A program made the position numbers and the translations under genes. A stretch of DNA of 64,000 bases. Source: Lentisphaeria bacterium. Lineage in GTDB: Bacteria > Verrucomicrobiota > Lentisphaeria > JABSQK01 > JAWLHB01. The DNA lies in assembly GCA_041690595.1 (NCBI GenBank), contig JAWLHB010000016.1:1-64000 (forward strand), written 5' to 3'. Position 1 is the stretch's first letter, and each line of letters begins with the position of its first letter. Shown here one piece after another: positions 9,901-18,600 of this stretch. The notes beneath the pieces were generated by a model. That model made no database searches, was not told the DNA's origin, and saw nothing but the letters and a program-made list of their open reading frames with translations.

Positions 9901-10878
9901 CGCCGGCACGGCGACCAGCAGATGGGCGCGGGTGTACGGACGATAGGGCACGCGAAAGGAGGCGATAGCCGGGTCGATGGTGAAGGCTGTCGGCCAGGCA
10001 TATCGGCCATTGACGTAGGGGGCGTCCGGGCCGGTGCCCTGCGTCAGGCGATAGCGGTAGAGGCTCTTGCCGAGGTCAATGCCGGTGGCCGGATCCTCGA
10101 GGCGGCGCAAGGGAACGGGATCGGCAATCCGCCGCTCCTCACGAGTCACGGCATCATGGCCATGGCGAGCGAGTGGAACCGTGAGAAAGCCATCCTCTTC
10201 GAGGGGCTGCTCCTCGAACCAGATCCCCTCCAGCTGAGCGCCGGTGGAGAGCGAGATGCTCAGGGTTAGCGGCCCCGTGGCCGGCTGCCGGGATTCCGCG
10301 ACCAGACGGTCGTCGAGCCAGATCTGGCGATGGTCGGCGGTGACGACCAGGCGCCAGGTGAAGCTCTTCTGCTGGAAGGGGGTCAGGGCGCTGAAGTCGG
10401 CGCCGATATCGCGTCGGTCCTGCTCGGTCCAGATGTTGCGGATGCGCGGATAGCGCCAGCCATAGGCGAGATTGCCTACCGGATGAGCGATGCGGCTCCA
10501 AGTCCGCGAGGTGATCGCTTCGGTGGCCATGGGTTTGCCGTCAGCCATGGCGGTAAGCTGGGCGGAAGCGGCGGCTTGATCGGTCATCCCGCGCATGATC
10601 AGACGCGACTCGACGACGGAAGCCTTGGCGTCGCCATGAGCCGCAATCGAGGCCCAGGCCTTGTCGTCGACGATGCGCACCTGGACAAGTGCCTGAATGG
10701 GAAGGGGCCGGGGGTTCCTGGCGCGCAGGGTGAGCGTGGCCCGCGAAGGCGTGATCAGCTCGCCGTCGGCCGGATCGCCGATGATCTCCCAGTCGGGCTG
10801 AAGGGTATCGAGTGAAGGCGGAGCCGCGAGCGTCGCGGCAGAGAAAGCAAGGGTAATGGCGATAACGATCAGCTTCAT
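6919..10878 (-). CDS. Secreted 1319-aa multidomain protein, probable glycoside hydrolase of unassigned family
   Basis: Signal peptide MKLIVIAITLAFSAATLA; GGAGG RBS. TIM-barrel-like centre (LGIRRV, GGEW, PIHWIEG, HYGAGIF...PKPAVAA). CBM-like GVWIEGNSG...LRDAKGEHW...FDGWRYVRFPLP. Confidence 0.6.
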   Translation of the reverse strand: MKLIVIAITLAFSAATLAAPPSLDTLQPDWEIIGDPADGELITPSRATLTLRARNPRPLPIQALVQVRIVDDKAWASIAAHGDAKASVVESRLIMRGMTDQAAASAQLTAMADGKPMATEAITSRTWSRIAHPVGNLAYGWRYPRIRNIWTEQDRRDIGADFSALTPFQQKSFTWRLVVTADHRQIWLDDRLVAESRQPATGPLTLSISLSTGAQLEGIWFEEQPLEEDGFLTVPLARHGHDAVTREERRIADPVPLRRLEDPATGIDLGKSLYRYRLTQGTGPDAPYVNGRYAWPTAFTIDPAIASFRVPYRPYTRAHLLVAVPAQPAPESVPAGVFRFYRHMVGAVAASPFQITPEAVAAGDAILTGREGDFLLYRVRAPIDHRAFYGFRDMHDQFLEFQITKPTALGRGYADPIYYGVHPAGPPSSLRILAITLEEAPFEMEVVPEQFGHLFEQPAQPTYAIRVTNRTSQPLPVEAALETVSLDGRESVSESGSATVPPGAIVDIPIVLPVQSLGWHSLTATASSGNQSLAADLSLVLLPPNSRTYGDSTNETRFGAWNLWGHHAGFVAGNTERNTQMLALLRKLGIRRVAAHSSFLNHEMLKEHDFLPKAPHTIVSVYHRLDEKNPEAMQKMVEDELAQVRPLATAFNSDVAYLYGGEWGPSREATHSVWPLYQGLPPRDLTDDEVRNMNRQTIIFTAIGEAMRREFPQVPLILQWGSPTGTIPFMRTGFPQRLVDGYGMDQPIFERLPEHLTDGAIHYTLWQLRAEAKRLDWPELPIHWIEGPFLPTNPGALAEQEQADYQVRLWLLAIAYGVENFEAGIVPFDAANYYGAEHYGAGIFHREPLMHPKPAVAAVSTATSMLCGAQLVGPVDTGSLTNYCLQFRRPDGTALYAMWRIRGTADAQLTVQGPGPLLITDAMGARREIPVAGNRATVRLTSSPLWLTTPQELGRIEVTQQAYPERPAGTTVALQPMTADNWRYDGSEQPFGVHHFGVARAVDPQLTVTLGKEHPDHGSMAEVTLPVQSPDRPLLVRYGTLIADQPREIPGSASHLGVWIEGNSGFGRIVWQLRDAKGEHWISAGTKDDWNADDIHAWSTVCFDGWRYVRFPLPGNHPWDLARTLETTWWGSSGGDGIVDLPLSLETLYVEARNEVPYLNRMTTVPNRTWRFAGLTAEYARPEDATPAALATHASRRPLPEWEGPTTNHIAVQARDGIGEAPVITAFEEPHHWADGRRMIIRFDQQPDRRYNLYLSLYPDGRGAELISHPVNGVADNQLVVGLKPDTPLYLFLTTTTDNQESKPSPPYQLITRDNFAEK

Positions 10879-10972
10879 GCTGTCCTCCTCTGCGGTTATG
10901 TAAAGGTAGCCGCGAGAGGGGCGCCACGCAAACTGAAAGCGATAGAATCTTCAGCAGTTATTTCAGCATACT

Positions 10973-11440
10973 TCAGTCTTGATCTTCAGCTTGCCGTCGT
11001 TTGAGATAAGCGGCGACCTGATGATTGAGGGGAAGTTGCCCCACCTCATGAAGGGGCAGGAAGCCTGCCCAGACGATCTCGCGCTGGTCGATGGAGATGG
11101 CGGGTTCATCCCGCAGATGGACCTCGACAACGCTGGCGCGGGCGCCATGTTCATCGACGACCCGATCCCGAAGCTGAAGCGCGCCGCGATCGAGATGGAT
11201 GCCGACTTCCTCGGCGGTTTCGCGGATGGCGCCGTCGAGAGGGTCTTCGCCCCGCTTGAGGAGCCCGCCGGGGAGGGAGTAGCGGCGTTTGTAGGAGTTC
11301 TTGACGATGAGGAGCCGGCGGTCATGCCAGATGTAGACAAAGACGCCGCGCACGGGGAGGCGGAAGACCTTGAGGGCGATGACGAGGCATGGATAGGCGA
11401 CCTTGTAGGCCAGGCGATAGCAGGAGTCGACGATGGTCAT
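10973..11440 (-). CDS. NUDIX hydrolase
   Basis: Complete Nudix box GLLKRGEDPLDGAIRETAEEVGI; 4-nt overlap with the upstream nitrilase gene. Confidence 0.9.
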   Translation of the reverse strand: MTIVDSCYRLAYKVAYPCLVIALKVFRLPVRGVFVYIWHDRRLLIVKNSYKRRYSLPGGLLKRGEDPLDGAIRETAEEVGIHLDRGALQLRDRVVDEHGARASVVEVHLRDEPAISIDQREIVWAGFLPLHEVGQLPLNHQVAAYLKRRQAEDQD

Positions 11441-12219
11441 GAGGAAGGGAGGAACTCCTTGCGCAGGTCATTGAGGACGGGAAAGCCGCGGCGATAGTTG
11501 CGGATCAGTTCACGGTCGAATGGCGCCTGAAGCCATCCCGCCTCTTCGCCGGCATCGGCAACGATCTCACCGCGCGGATTGACGATGAGGCTGCGGCCGG
11601 AATAGGCGTGGTGGGGATCGCGACCGCAGCGGTTGACGCCAATCACGTAGGCCTGATTCTCGATGGCGCGCGCCTGGAGCAGGGTCATCCAGTGGTTTTC
11701 GCGGGAGCGCGGCCAGTTGGCGATGACCAGAAAGAACTCGGCGCCCCGGCAGACGGCGTGGCGAAAGACTTCCGGGAAGCGCAGATCGTAGCAGATGAAG
11801 ATCGCGCCCTGCACCCCCTGCCAGTCGAAGAGCCCGAGCGAATCGCCGCGGCAGTAGTGCTCGAACTCGGCGCCAAGACAGAAGGGATGAAGCTTGGTAT
11901 AGGTGCAGCCGATTTTGCCGTCGGGACCGATGACGAGGGCCTGGTTGAGCCCTTTCCCCTCGGCGTTGCGTCGAACGATGCCGCCCGCGATGGTCACCCG
12001 ATAGTGACGCGCGACTTCGGCCAGGAAGGTGGCGGCGGGACCATGCTCGGGTTCGGCAATGGCAGCGACCTGCATGCTGAAGCCGGTGCTGAACATCTCC
12101 GGCAGGACAACCAGCGAGCCGGGCTCCGGCGGTTCGCGCTCAAGCCACTGGCGCACCCTGGCGAGGTTGCCGGGTGTATCCTCCCAGTCGATCTCCATCT
12201 GTAAACCGTATAGCTGCAT
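11437..12219 (-). CDS. Carbon-nitrogen hydrolase (nitrilase family, omega-amidase/YafV-like)
   Basis: Catalytic E-K-C motifs LPEMF, YTKLHPF, ICYDLRFPE; also ARAIENQ. Start refined to MQLYGLQ. Confidence 0.9.
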   Translation of the reverse strand: MQLYGLQMEIDWEDTPGNLARVRQWLEREPPEPGSLVVLPEMFSTGFSMQVAAIAEPEHGPAATFLAEVARHYRVTIAGGIVRRNAEGKGLNQALVIGPDGKIGCTYTKLHPFCLGAEFEHYCRGDSLGLFDWQGVQGAIFICYDLRFPEVFRHAVCRGAEFFLVIANWPRSRENHWMTLLQARAIENQAYVIGVNRCGRDPHHAYSGRSLIVNPRGEIVADAGEEAGWLQAPFDRELIRNYRRGFPVLNDLRKEFLPSS

Positions 12220-12353
12220 GGCACCCCATCCGTCTGGCGTTGAAAACCGTAAGATACCGACACTCCCACCGAAATTGAAATCGCAGCGCCAGATTGTTGT
12301 CGCGGACGGCAGGGGCAGCACGCGGAGATAGTGGAGGCGGGGGGACAATCGGC

Positions 12354-12594
12354 GGGGCGCTGCCCCGGCCCCGCTGGGGAGGCGCACCTCCCCAAACCCC
12401 TCGATACTTCAGGGAAGGGGGAAGCGGCGGCGGCAGTCATTAACCATAAAGAACGCAGAGATCGCAAAGAACGAACGGGGGAGTCCCTTGCGGGAACAGG
12501 ACCGATGAGGTGGCAAGGGGATATGAGGGGAGCTTGACGTTGGGGAGGGCAACGGCGAACGCCGGTGCCACTCAGGCGAGTGGCGTGCCCAGAG
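12354..12594. repeat. Second cluster of REP-like palindromic repeats
   Basis: Hairpins GGGGC-GCT-GCCCC and TGGGGAGG-CGCA-CCTCCCCA. TAACCATAAAGAACGCAGAGATCGCAAAGA matches ~3373. The ~80-bp block GGGGATATGAGGGGAG...GCCACTCAGGCGAGTGGCGTGCCCAG matches 3701-3780. Confidence 0.9.
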
Positions 12595-12596
12595 GG

Positions 12597-14333
12597 TTAC
12601 TGACGAAGGAAGGCCTTGACGTCGGCGGGGGGCCAGAAGTTGAGGATGTCTTCGGGTTCGAGCCAGCCTTTGCGGCAGAAGGCGAGGCCATCTTCGATAT
12701 AGTCGAAGTTGGTGAGGCTGTGCGCATCGGGATTGAGGCTGCAGATGACGCCCTTGCGCTTAGCTTTCTGCCAGAAGCGCCAGTCCATGTCGAGTCGCAT
12801 GGGATGGCAATTGAATTCGATGGCGACGCGATTGACGGCAGCGGCGTCGATGATGCGATCCATGTCGATGTCGTAGGCGTCACGGCGGAGGAGGAGTCGG
12901 CCGCTGGGATGGGCGAGGATGCGGGAGCGTGGGTGTTCGATGGCACGCACGATGCGCCTGGTCTGCTCCTCGCGCGTGCGTGAAAAGGCGTTGTGGACGG
13001 CGACGATGCAGTAGTCGAGCTGATCGAGGATGTCATCGGCGTAATCGAGGGTGCCGTCGGTGTGGATATCGCATTCGACGCCGGCGAGGAGGGAGAAGCA
13101 GTCGCCGAGTTCCTTCTGGTATCGGCGGATCTCGTCGACCTGCTCGATGAGGCGTTCGGCGCTGAGGCCGTTGGCCTGGAAGGACGAGACGCTGTGGTCG
13201 GTGATGCCGAGGTACTGGTGGCGCATGCTGAGGGCGTACTCGACGAGTTCGGCAATGCTGTTGGAGCCATCGGAGGCGCGGGTATGATTATGAAGGGAGC
13301 CGAGATAGCCGCTGAAGGGGGCGGCGACGGGGAGCTGATCCTCGGCCGCGGCCAGCACTTCGCCCATATCCTCGCGCAGCTCGGGAGGCACGAAGTTGAG
13401 CCCCAGATGGCGATAGATGTCCTGCTCGTTGTGGCAGCATAGCTGTTCGCCTTCGGTGCCATCTTCAGCGAGGCGGAAGAGGCCCCACTCGCTCAAGCGC
13501 AGGTTCATTTTGAGCGCGCGGCTGCGGAGGGCCACGTTGTGCTCCCTGCTACCGGTGAAGTGGTGGAAGGCTGTGACAAACTGGTGCGGCTCGACGAGGC
13601 GCAGATCGACCTGCAGGTTGTTGTTGAGCAGGATGGAGGACTTGGTACGCCCATGGGCAATGATGCTGCTGACGCCGCCCAACTGCACAAAGGCCTTCAT
13701 GACGGGCTCTGGATTGGCGGTGGAGCCGACCAAGTCGATATCCTTGGTCACCTCCTTGTAGCGCCGAAGGCTGCCGGCCATCTCCAGGCGGTCGAGCATG
13801 GGGAGCAGGCGCAGCTCCTCGATAAGCATAGCGGCGGTGCTTCGGGCCTGGCGGAAGAGGAAGAGCTTGGCATGCTCTCTGGCGCGCTCGATGGAGTCGA
13901 TGATCTTGAGGGCCGTCTTTTCGCCACATCCCTTGAGGGCGGCAATACGGCCATCGCGGCAGGCGGCTTCGAGTTCGACCACGGAGCAGATCCCCAGCGC
14001 GTCATAGAAGAGCTTGACCTTCTTGGGGCCGAGGCCGGGCACGGTGAGGAGGTCGAGGAGGCCTTCGGGGAATTCCGCCTTGAGCGTTTCGAGATACTCC
14101 AGTCGCCCGGTGGTGACCAGCTCGCCGATCTTGTCGACGAGGGCTTTTCCGACACCCTGGACTTCCGCGAGCTTGCCGCCGGCAACCAGGGTGGCGAGAT
14201 CCTCATCGATGGCGTTGAGCGAACGGGCCGCATTCTCGTAGGCGCGGACCTTGAAAGGGTTTTCGCCTTTGAGTTGGAGGAGCAGCGCAATCTCTTCCAA
14301 TGCCTTGATGACAATTCTTCGTTCGACGCCCAT
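12597..14333 (-). CDS. polX: DNA polymerase X / PHP-domain exonuclease
   Basis: GENPFKVRAYENAA, HhH motifs GVGK and GLGPKK, GSLRR..KDIDLV, VDLR, HFTGSREHN. PHP motifs HNHT..SDG, TDHS, GVECDI, AHPSGR, NPDAH. Confidence 0.95.
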   Translation of the reverse strand: MGVERRIVIKALEEIALLLQLKGENPFKVRAYENAARSLNAIDEDLATLVAGGKLAEVQGVGKALVDKIGELVTTGRLEYLETLKAEFPEGLLDLLTVPGLGPKKVKLFYDALGICSVVELEAACRDGRIAALKGCGEKTALKIIDSIERAREHAKLFLFRQARSTAAMLIEELRLLPMLDRLEMAGSLRRYKEVTKDIDLVGSTANPEPVMKAFVQLGGVSSIIAHGRTKSSILLNNNLQVDLRLVEPHQFVTAFHHFTGSREHNVALRSRALKMNLRLSEWGLFRLAEDGTEGEQLCCHNEQDIYRHLGLNFVPPELREDMGEVLAAAEDQLPVAAPFSGYLGSLHNHTRASDGSNSIAELVEYALSMRHQYLGITDHSVSSFQANGLSAERLIEQVDEIRRYQKELGDCFSLLAGVECDIHTDGTLDYADDILDQLDYCIVAVHNAFSRTREEQTRRIVRAIEHPRSRILAHPSGRLLLRRDAYDIDMDRIIDAAAVNRVAIEFNCHPMRLDMDWRFWQKAKRKGVICSLNPDAHSLTNFDYIEDGLAFCRKGWLEPEDILNFWPPADVKAFLRQ

Positions 14334-14426
14334 ATATCTCTCGGCCGGGGTTCTGGTGACGGGAGTGGCTAATATAACCAATACCGCTGCAGACCGCAAC
14401 TACAAAGGCGAGGGGGCGAGTTGCCC

Positions 14427-14981
14427 CTACCTGGCTTCAAAGTCGAGGGAGGCCGAGTTGATGCAGTAGCGCAGGCCAGTAGGCTCGGGGCCGTCCGTGA
14501 AGAGGTGGCCAAGATGGGATTCGCAACGTGCGCAGACGACTTCGGTGCGGAGGATGCCGAAGGAGCGATCGGCGTTCTCACCGATGTGCTTTTTGGCCAC
14601 CGGGCTGTGAAAGCTCGGCCAGCCAGTGCCGGAGTCGAACTTGGCACTGCTGCCGAAGAGAGGCAGACCACAGGCGACACAGGTGTAGGTGCCCTCCTCC
14701 TTGTTGTCCCAGTACTTTCCAGTGAAGGCTCTTTCGGTGCCTTTCTCGCGGGCGACGCGATATGCTTCAGGGGAGAGTTTCTCGCGCCATTCGCTTTCGG
14801 TGAGGGAGATCTTCTCTATCTTCTCGTTCTTGGCGATCATGGGTGTGGTGCCCTTGCGCTTGGGTGAATCGGATGCCGTGTCCGCGGCGCGAACACAGAC
14901 AGTGAAAACAAGTATCGCCAAGCCAGCAGAGCTGAGAGAGGCGAGCAGAATTCGATAGTGCTTTGGCATTGCGGCCTCCAT
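14427..14981 (-). CDS. msrB: Peptide-methionine (R)-S-oxide reductase with N-terminal signal/anchor
   Basis: GTERAFTG, CVAC, KFDSGTGWPSF, CARC, HLGHLF.DGP.PTGLRYCINSASL. Confidence 0.95.
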   Translation of the reverse strand: MEAAMPKHYRILLASLSSAGLAILVFTVCVRAADTASDSPKRKGTTPMIAKNEKIEKISLTESEWREKLSPEAYRVAREKGTERAFTGKYWDNKEEGTYTCVACGLPLFGSSAKFDSGTGWPSFHSPVAKKHIGENADRSFGILRTEVVCARCESHLGHLFTDGPEPTGLRYCINSASLDFEAR

Positions 14982-15026
14982 GGCTTGTGCTTATGACTCT
15001 ATAGTCCGAAGAGCCGCAAAGTCATG

Positions 15027-15311
15027 TCACGGACGTGGGGCAGCAGGAGGGATCATGCGCAGTTGAACCCGGGCGGTGTGCCGCTGAACCTGCTGCATGA
15101 CATCGATCACGCGGGCGTGGGCCACCTCCGGCTCGGCCTCGACGATCACCTCATCGCGCTTCAATTCCTGGCCGAGTTGTTCGATGGCCACCTGTCGGCC
15201 ATTGAGCGCGAGTTGTCCATCGGCGGTGAGCGTGATCCGATCCTGGCGGCTCATGCAGCCGGTCAGGGCGAAGAGGAGAGCGGCGAGAATGGGCCATGGG
15301 GATTTGAGCAT
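15027..15311 (-). CDS. Small lipoprotein resembling the periplasmic domain of ExbD/TolR
   Basis: Lipobox LFALTG-C, then ITLTADGQLALNGRQV...VIVEAEPEVAHARVIDVMQQV, which follows the ExbD C-terminal pattern. Confidence 0.6.
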   Translation of the reverse strand: MLKSPWPILAALLFALTGCMSRQDRITLTADGQLALNGRQVAIEQLGQELKRDEVIVEAEPEVAHARVIDVMQQVQRHTARVQLRMIPPAAPRP

Positions 15312-15519
15312 GGAGGGCTCCAAGTTGAAGGGTGTAAAGGGCAGAGCTGATGAGTGAATGTACCGTCCAATGGTGGCGGCGGCAAATCAAGCGGGTGGCG
15401 TTTGGAAGCGATACGGCCCGTGGAATTTTCTTCGCGCGGTTTGACTTTTGAGTTATCGGTGGCATATTTGTGAGTTACTGGTTTTCGGAGGAGTATGGAC
15501 GGTATGGACGAGACCGAGG

Positions 15520-15720
15520 ATTTTTCGACCGAGGTTTGGACCGAGGTTTTTGGGGGATGGCAGTGCGCGGGAGGCCACTCAGGCAAGCGGCGTGTCCGGG
15601 AGGGGGACGCGGGAACCGAGGTTTCGACCGAGGTTTTTGGAAGATGGCGATGCGCAAGGCGGGCGGCGTGTCCGGGAGGGGGAGGTGGGGAACCGAGGTT
15701 TGGACCGAGGTTTTCGAAAA
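15520..15720. repeat. Three ACCGAGGTTT(G/C)GACCGAGGTTTT doublets interspersed with degenerate REP-like units
   Basis: Doublets at ~15528, 15615, 15692. Between them GGCCACTCAGGCAAGCGGCGTGTCCGGG and AGGCGGGCGGCGTGTCCGGG, variants of the 2.6-3.9 kb repeat. Confidence 0.85.
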
Positions 15721-15792
15721 ATGATGGTGGGGCAGGACAAGGGTGCGGGGCAGACGTATTGTTGTGAGGGTGAAACGCTTTACGTACGAGGG

Positions 15793-18600
15793 ATGATGAA
15801 TCACGGTTGGCTGACAAGCGATGCGCAGGAGCTGGAGGCGCGGCGATTGCGGGCGAAGGCGGAGGCGATGAGCCTGCGCAATCTGATGCCGGGTCATGGG
15901 ATTTTTGCGGATTTCTCGGTTCGGCGGGATGACCAGGAGGCGGCGCGGACGTATATCGTGGAGATCCGCTCACTGCGGGATCGGGTGAATTACTGCACGT
16001 GTCCGGATTTTGCGAAGAACTCGCTGGGTAGCTGCAAGCATATCGAGAAGGTGGTGATGCAGCTGGAGGAGCAGCTTGGGGCGAAGGTTCGCCCGGAGCG
16101 GTCGCCGTTTGTGGAAGTTTTCATGGGGCGCACGGCGGATTACAAGCCGCAGATGGTGCTGCCGGCGGAGATGGATGGGGAGTTGCAGGGTTTTGTGCAT
16201 CGGTATCTGAATGCGCTGGGGGAGCTGAAGGGGCCGTGGCAGAGTACGCTGCAGCTCTTGCTGGCGGACCTGCGGGAGGTGAGCCACACGATCACGAACA
16301 AGATCCGGGTGAGCCGTGAAGTGTACGAGCTGGCGGACGAGCTGCAGCGGCGCCAGGAGCTGGCGTCGGCGCGTAGCCGTTTCGAGCAGGAAGTGCTGGA
16401 TGGGGAGCGGCCGCTGCAGTTTTTGCGTCGGCGTCTGTACGATTACCAGATCAAGGGGATGATGCACCTTGGTTTCACGGGTCGGGCGATGCTGTGTGAC
16501 GAGATGGGGCTGGGGAAGTCGGTGCAGGCGATCGCGGCGGCGCATATTCTTCGGGAGCTGTGGGGGGTGCGGCAGGTGCTGGTGGTCTGCCCGGGGTCGC
16601 TGAAGGCGGAGTGGGAGGAGCAGATCCGGAAGTTCAGCGATCTGCCGGTGGCGCTGGCGAGCGAGGATCGGGAGTCGCGGCTGGCGCTGTATCGGGCGCC
16701 GGAGGCATTTTTTGTGGTGGTGAATTACGAGCAGGTGCTGCATGACGAGCAGGAGATCAACGGGGTGCTTCGTCCTGGGCTGATCATCCTGGATGAAGCG
16801 CAACGGATCAAGAACTGGCAGACGCAGACGGCGCGGTCGATCAAGCAGTTGCGGAGCGAGTTTGCGTTTGTGCTGACGGGGACGCCGCTGGAGGGTAGGA
16901 TCGACGAGATCTACTCGATCGTGGAGTTTATCAATCCGCGCATCTTCGGCAGCCTCTTTCGCTTCAACCGGGACTTCTACGAGCTTGACGAGAAGGGGCG
17001 GGTGGTCGGCTACAAGAATCTTGGCGAGCTGCATGAGCGGTTGCGCCCGATCCTGTTGCGGCGCCAGAAGCAGGAGATCCTGAGCGAGCTGCCGCCGCGG
17101 CTGGACAACACCTATTTTGTAAAGCTGACGGCGACACAGCGGAAGCTGTACGCGGAGTGCGAAGGGGAGGCGGCGAAGCTGATCAACCAGGCGCGGCAGG
17201 GCGCCTTGACGGCGGCGGATTACCAGCAGTTGCAGTTGCGGTTGACGGAGATGCGGATGGCGTGCGACAGCCCGGTGCTGCTGGGGCAGGAGCCGCGGGA
17301 GGCGCCGAAGGTGGACGAGCTGTTCAATATCCTGGACGATATCTGGGATTCGCGAGCGACACGCAAGGTGCTGGTCTTCTCGGAATGGGAGGAGATGCTG
17401 AAGCTGGTGCGTCAACGGCTGGAAAAGGCGGGGATCGGCTTTGCGTGGCAGCCGGATGGAGAGGCGACGGAGGCGGTGGAGCGGTTTAGCCGGGAAGAGG
17501 GCTGTCGGGTCTTTCTGACGACGGACTCGGGGGCGTCGCGCTTCGATCTGCAGGCGGCGAGCGTGGTGGTGAATCTGGATCTGCCTTGGAATCCAGCGCG
17601 GCTGGAGCAGCGCATCTGGCGGGCGTGGCGCCACGGCCGGAAGCGGCCGATCAGCGTGATCACAATGATCGCGGAGGAGACGCTGGAGCATCGGCTGCTG
17701 GCGACGCTGCATGGCGATGAGGCGGCCGCGAGTGATCTGCTGGACGCGGAGAGCGCGATGGAGGATCTGGCGTTGCCGAGCGGGCGGGCGGCTTTTCTGC
17801 GCCGGCTGGAGCAGGTGGTGGACATGCGCCTGGCGCCGACAGTCCCCGTGGTGGCGGAGGCGGCGGAGGCGGCGGTATCGGAACCAGCGGCGCGGCGTCT
17901 TTCCCCGGCGGCGCGGCTGACTCAGGAGCTTGGTATCTGCCTGGGGCCACGGCTGCTGCTTTTTCGCGGCCGCATTGGCGGAGGGGAGCTGCTGGAGCGT
18001 GGATTTGTGGTGGTGACGGAGGATAGCGCGGCGCTTCGGCAGAAGCTGGAGGAGGTGATCGCGAAGACGCATGGCGAGGAGTGGCGGCCGGAGCTGCAGG
18101 TGTTGACGCGGGAGGAGTACGCGCTGCTGCAGCGGCTGGCACAGGCGGGGCTGATCGGGATCAACGACCGGGACTTGCAGGAGTTTTATCGGGCGGGCAC
18201 CTTTGGCCAGTTCACGGGAGATGAGGCGGGCAAGCGCCGGCGGATGGCGGAGCCTCTGCTGATCTGGGCGGAACGGCAGTCGCGGATGGCGAGTTGCCTG
18301 GCGCAGGGGGAGTTTCTGCTGGAGGGGGTGGAGCCGATGCGGGAGGCGGTGGATCATGCGGCGCGGGCCCTGGCGGTGCTGTGCGTCACGGATCCGCTGA
18401 CGCGGGCGCCGGAGCAGTTCAGCCGGACGTGGCTGGCGGCGATTCGCGAGCAGCCGGAGATCGATGGGGAGTTGCTCCGCTTTCTTGGCACGTTTGGTAG
18501 TTTTCAGCCGGAGGACGAGGAGGAGGCGCGTGAGTTCCTGGAGACGGGGCGGCGCCTGATCGACAATGCACGCGAACGACTGGTGAGGTTGAGTTTATGA
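15793..18600 (+). CDS. SWIM zinc-finger / SNF2-family helicase-like ATPase with C-terminal extension
   Basis: SWIM CTCPDF...CKH. Motifs LYDYQ, DEMGLGKS, DEAQRIKN, LTGTP, LVFSEW, LPWNPARLEQR. Start refined to ATG 15793 behind GAGGG; the track's longer N-terminus is repeat-derived. Confidence 0.9.
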   Translation: MMNHGWLTSDAQELEARRLRAKAEAMSLRNLMPGHGIFADFSVRRDDQEAARTYIVEIRSLRDRVNYCTCPDFAKNSLGSCKHIEKVVMQLEEQLGAKVRPERSPFVEVFMGRTADYKPQMVLPAEMDGELQGFVHRYLNALGELKGPWQSTLQLLLADLREVSHTITNKIRVSREVYELADELQRRQELASARSRFEQEVLDGERPLQFLRRRLYDYQIKGMMHLGFTGRAMLCDEMGLGKSVQAIAAAHILRELWGVRQVLVVCPGSLKAEWEEQIRKFSDLPVALASEDRESRLALYRAPEAFFVVVNYEQVLHDEQEINGVLRPGLIILDEAQRIKNWQTQTARSIKQLRSEFAFVLTGTPLEGRIDEIYSIVEFINPRIFGSLFRFNRDFYELDEKGRVVGYKNLGELHERLRPILLRRQKQEILSELPPRLDNTYFVKLTATQRKLYAECEGEAAKLINQARQGALTAADYQQLQLRLTEMRMACDSPVLLGQEPREAPKVDELFNILDDIWDSRATRKVLVFSEWEEMLKLVRQRLEKAGIGFAWQPDGEATEAVERFSREEGCRVFLTTDSGASRFDLQAASVVVNLDLPWNPARLEQRIWRAWRHGRKRPISVITMIAEETLEHRLLATLHGDEAAASDLLDAESAMEDLALPSGRAAFLRRLEQVVDMRLAPTVPVVAEAAEAAVSEPAARRLSPAARLTQELGICLGPRLLLFRGRIGGGELLERGFVVVTEDSAALRQKLEEVIAKTHGEEWRPELQVLTREEYALLQRLAQAGLIGINDRDLQEFYRAGTFGQFTGDEAGKRRRMAEPLLIWAERQSRMASCLAQGEFLLEGVEPMREAVDHAARALAVLCVTDPLTRAPEQFSRTWLAAIREQPEIDGELLRFLGTFGSFQPEDEEEAREFLETGRRLIDNARERLVRLSL

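Noticed and set aside
12597..14333. PolX as part of an NHEJ or mobile-element module
   Set aside because: Canonical stand-alone PolX-PHP; no Ku, LigD or integrase nearby.
15448..15792. N-terminal extension of the SNF2 ORF
   Set aside because: It translates the ACCGAGGTTT repeats (PRFGPRF); a better RBS and ATG lie at 15793.
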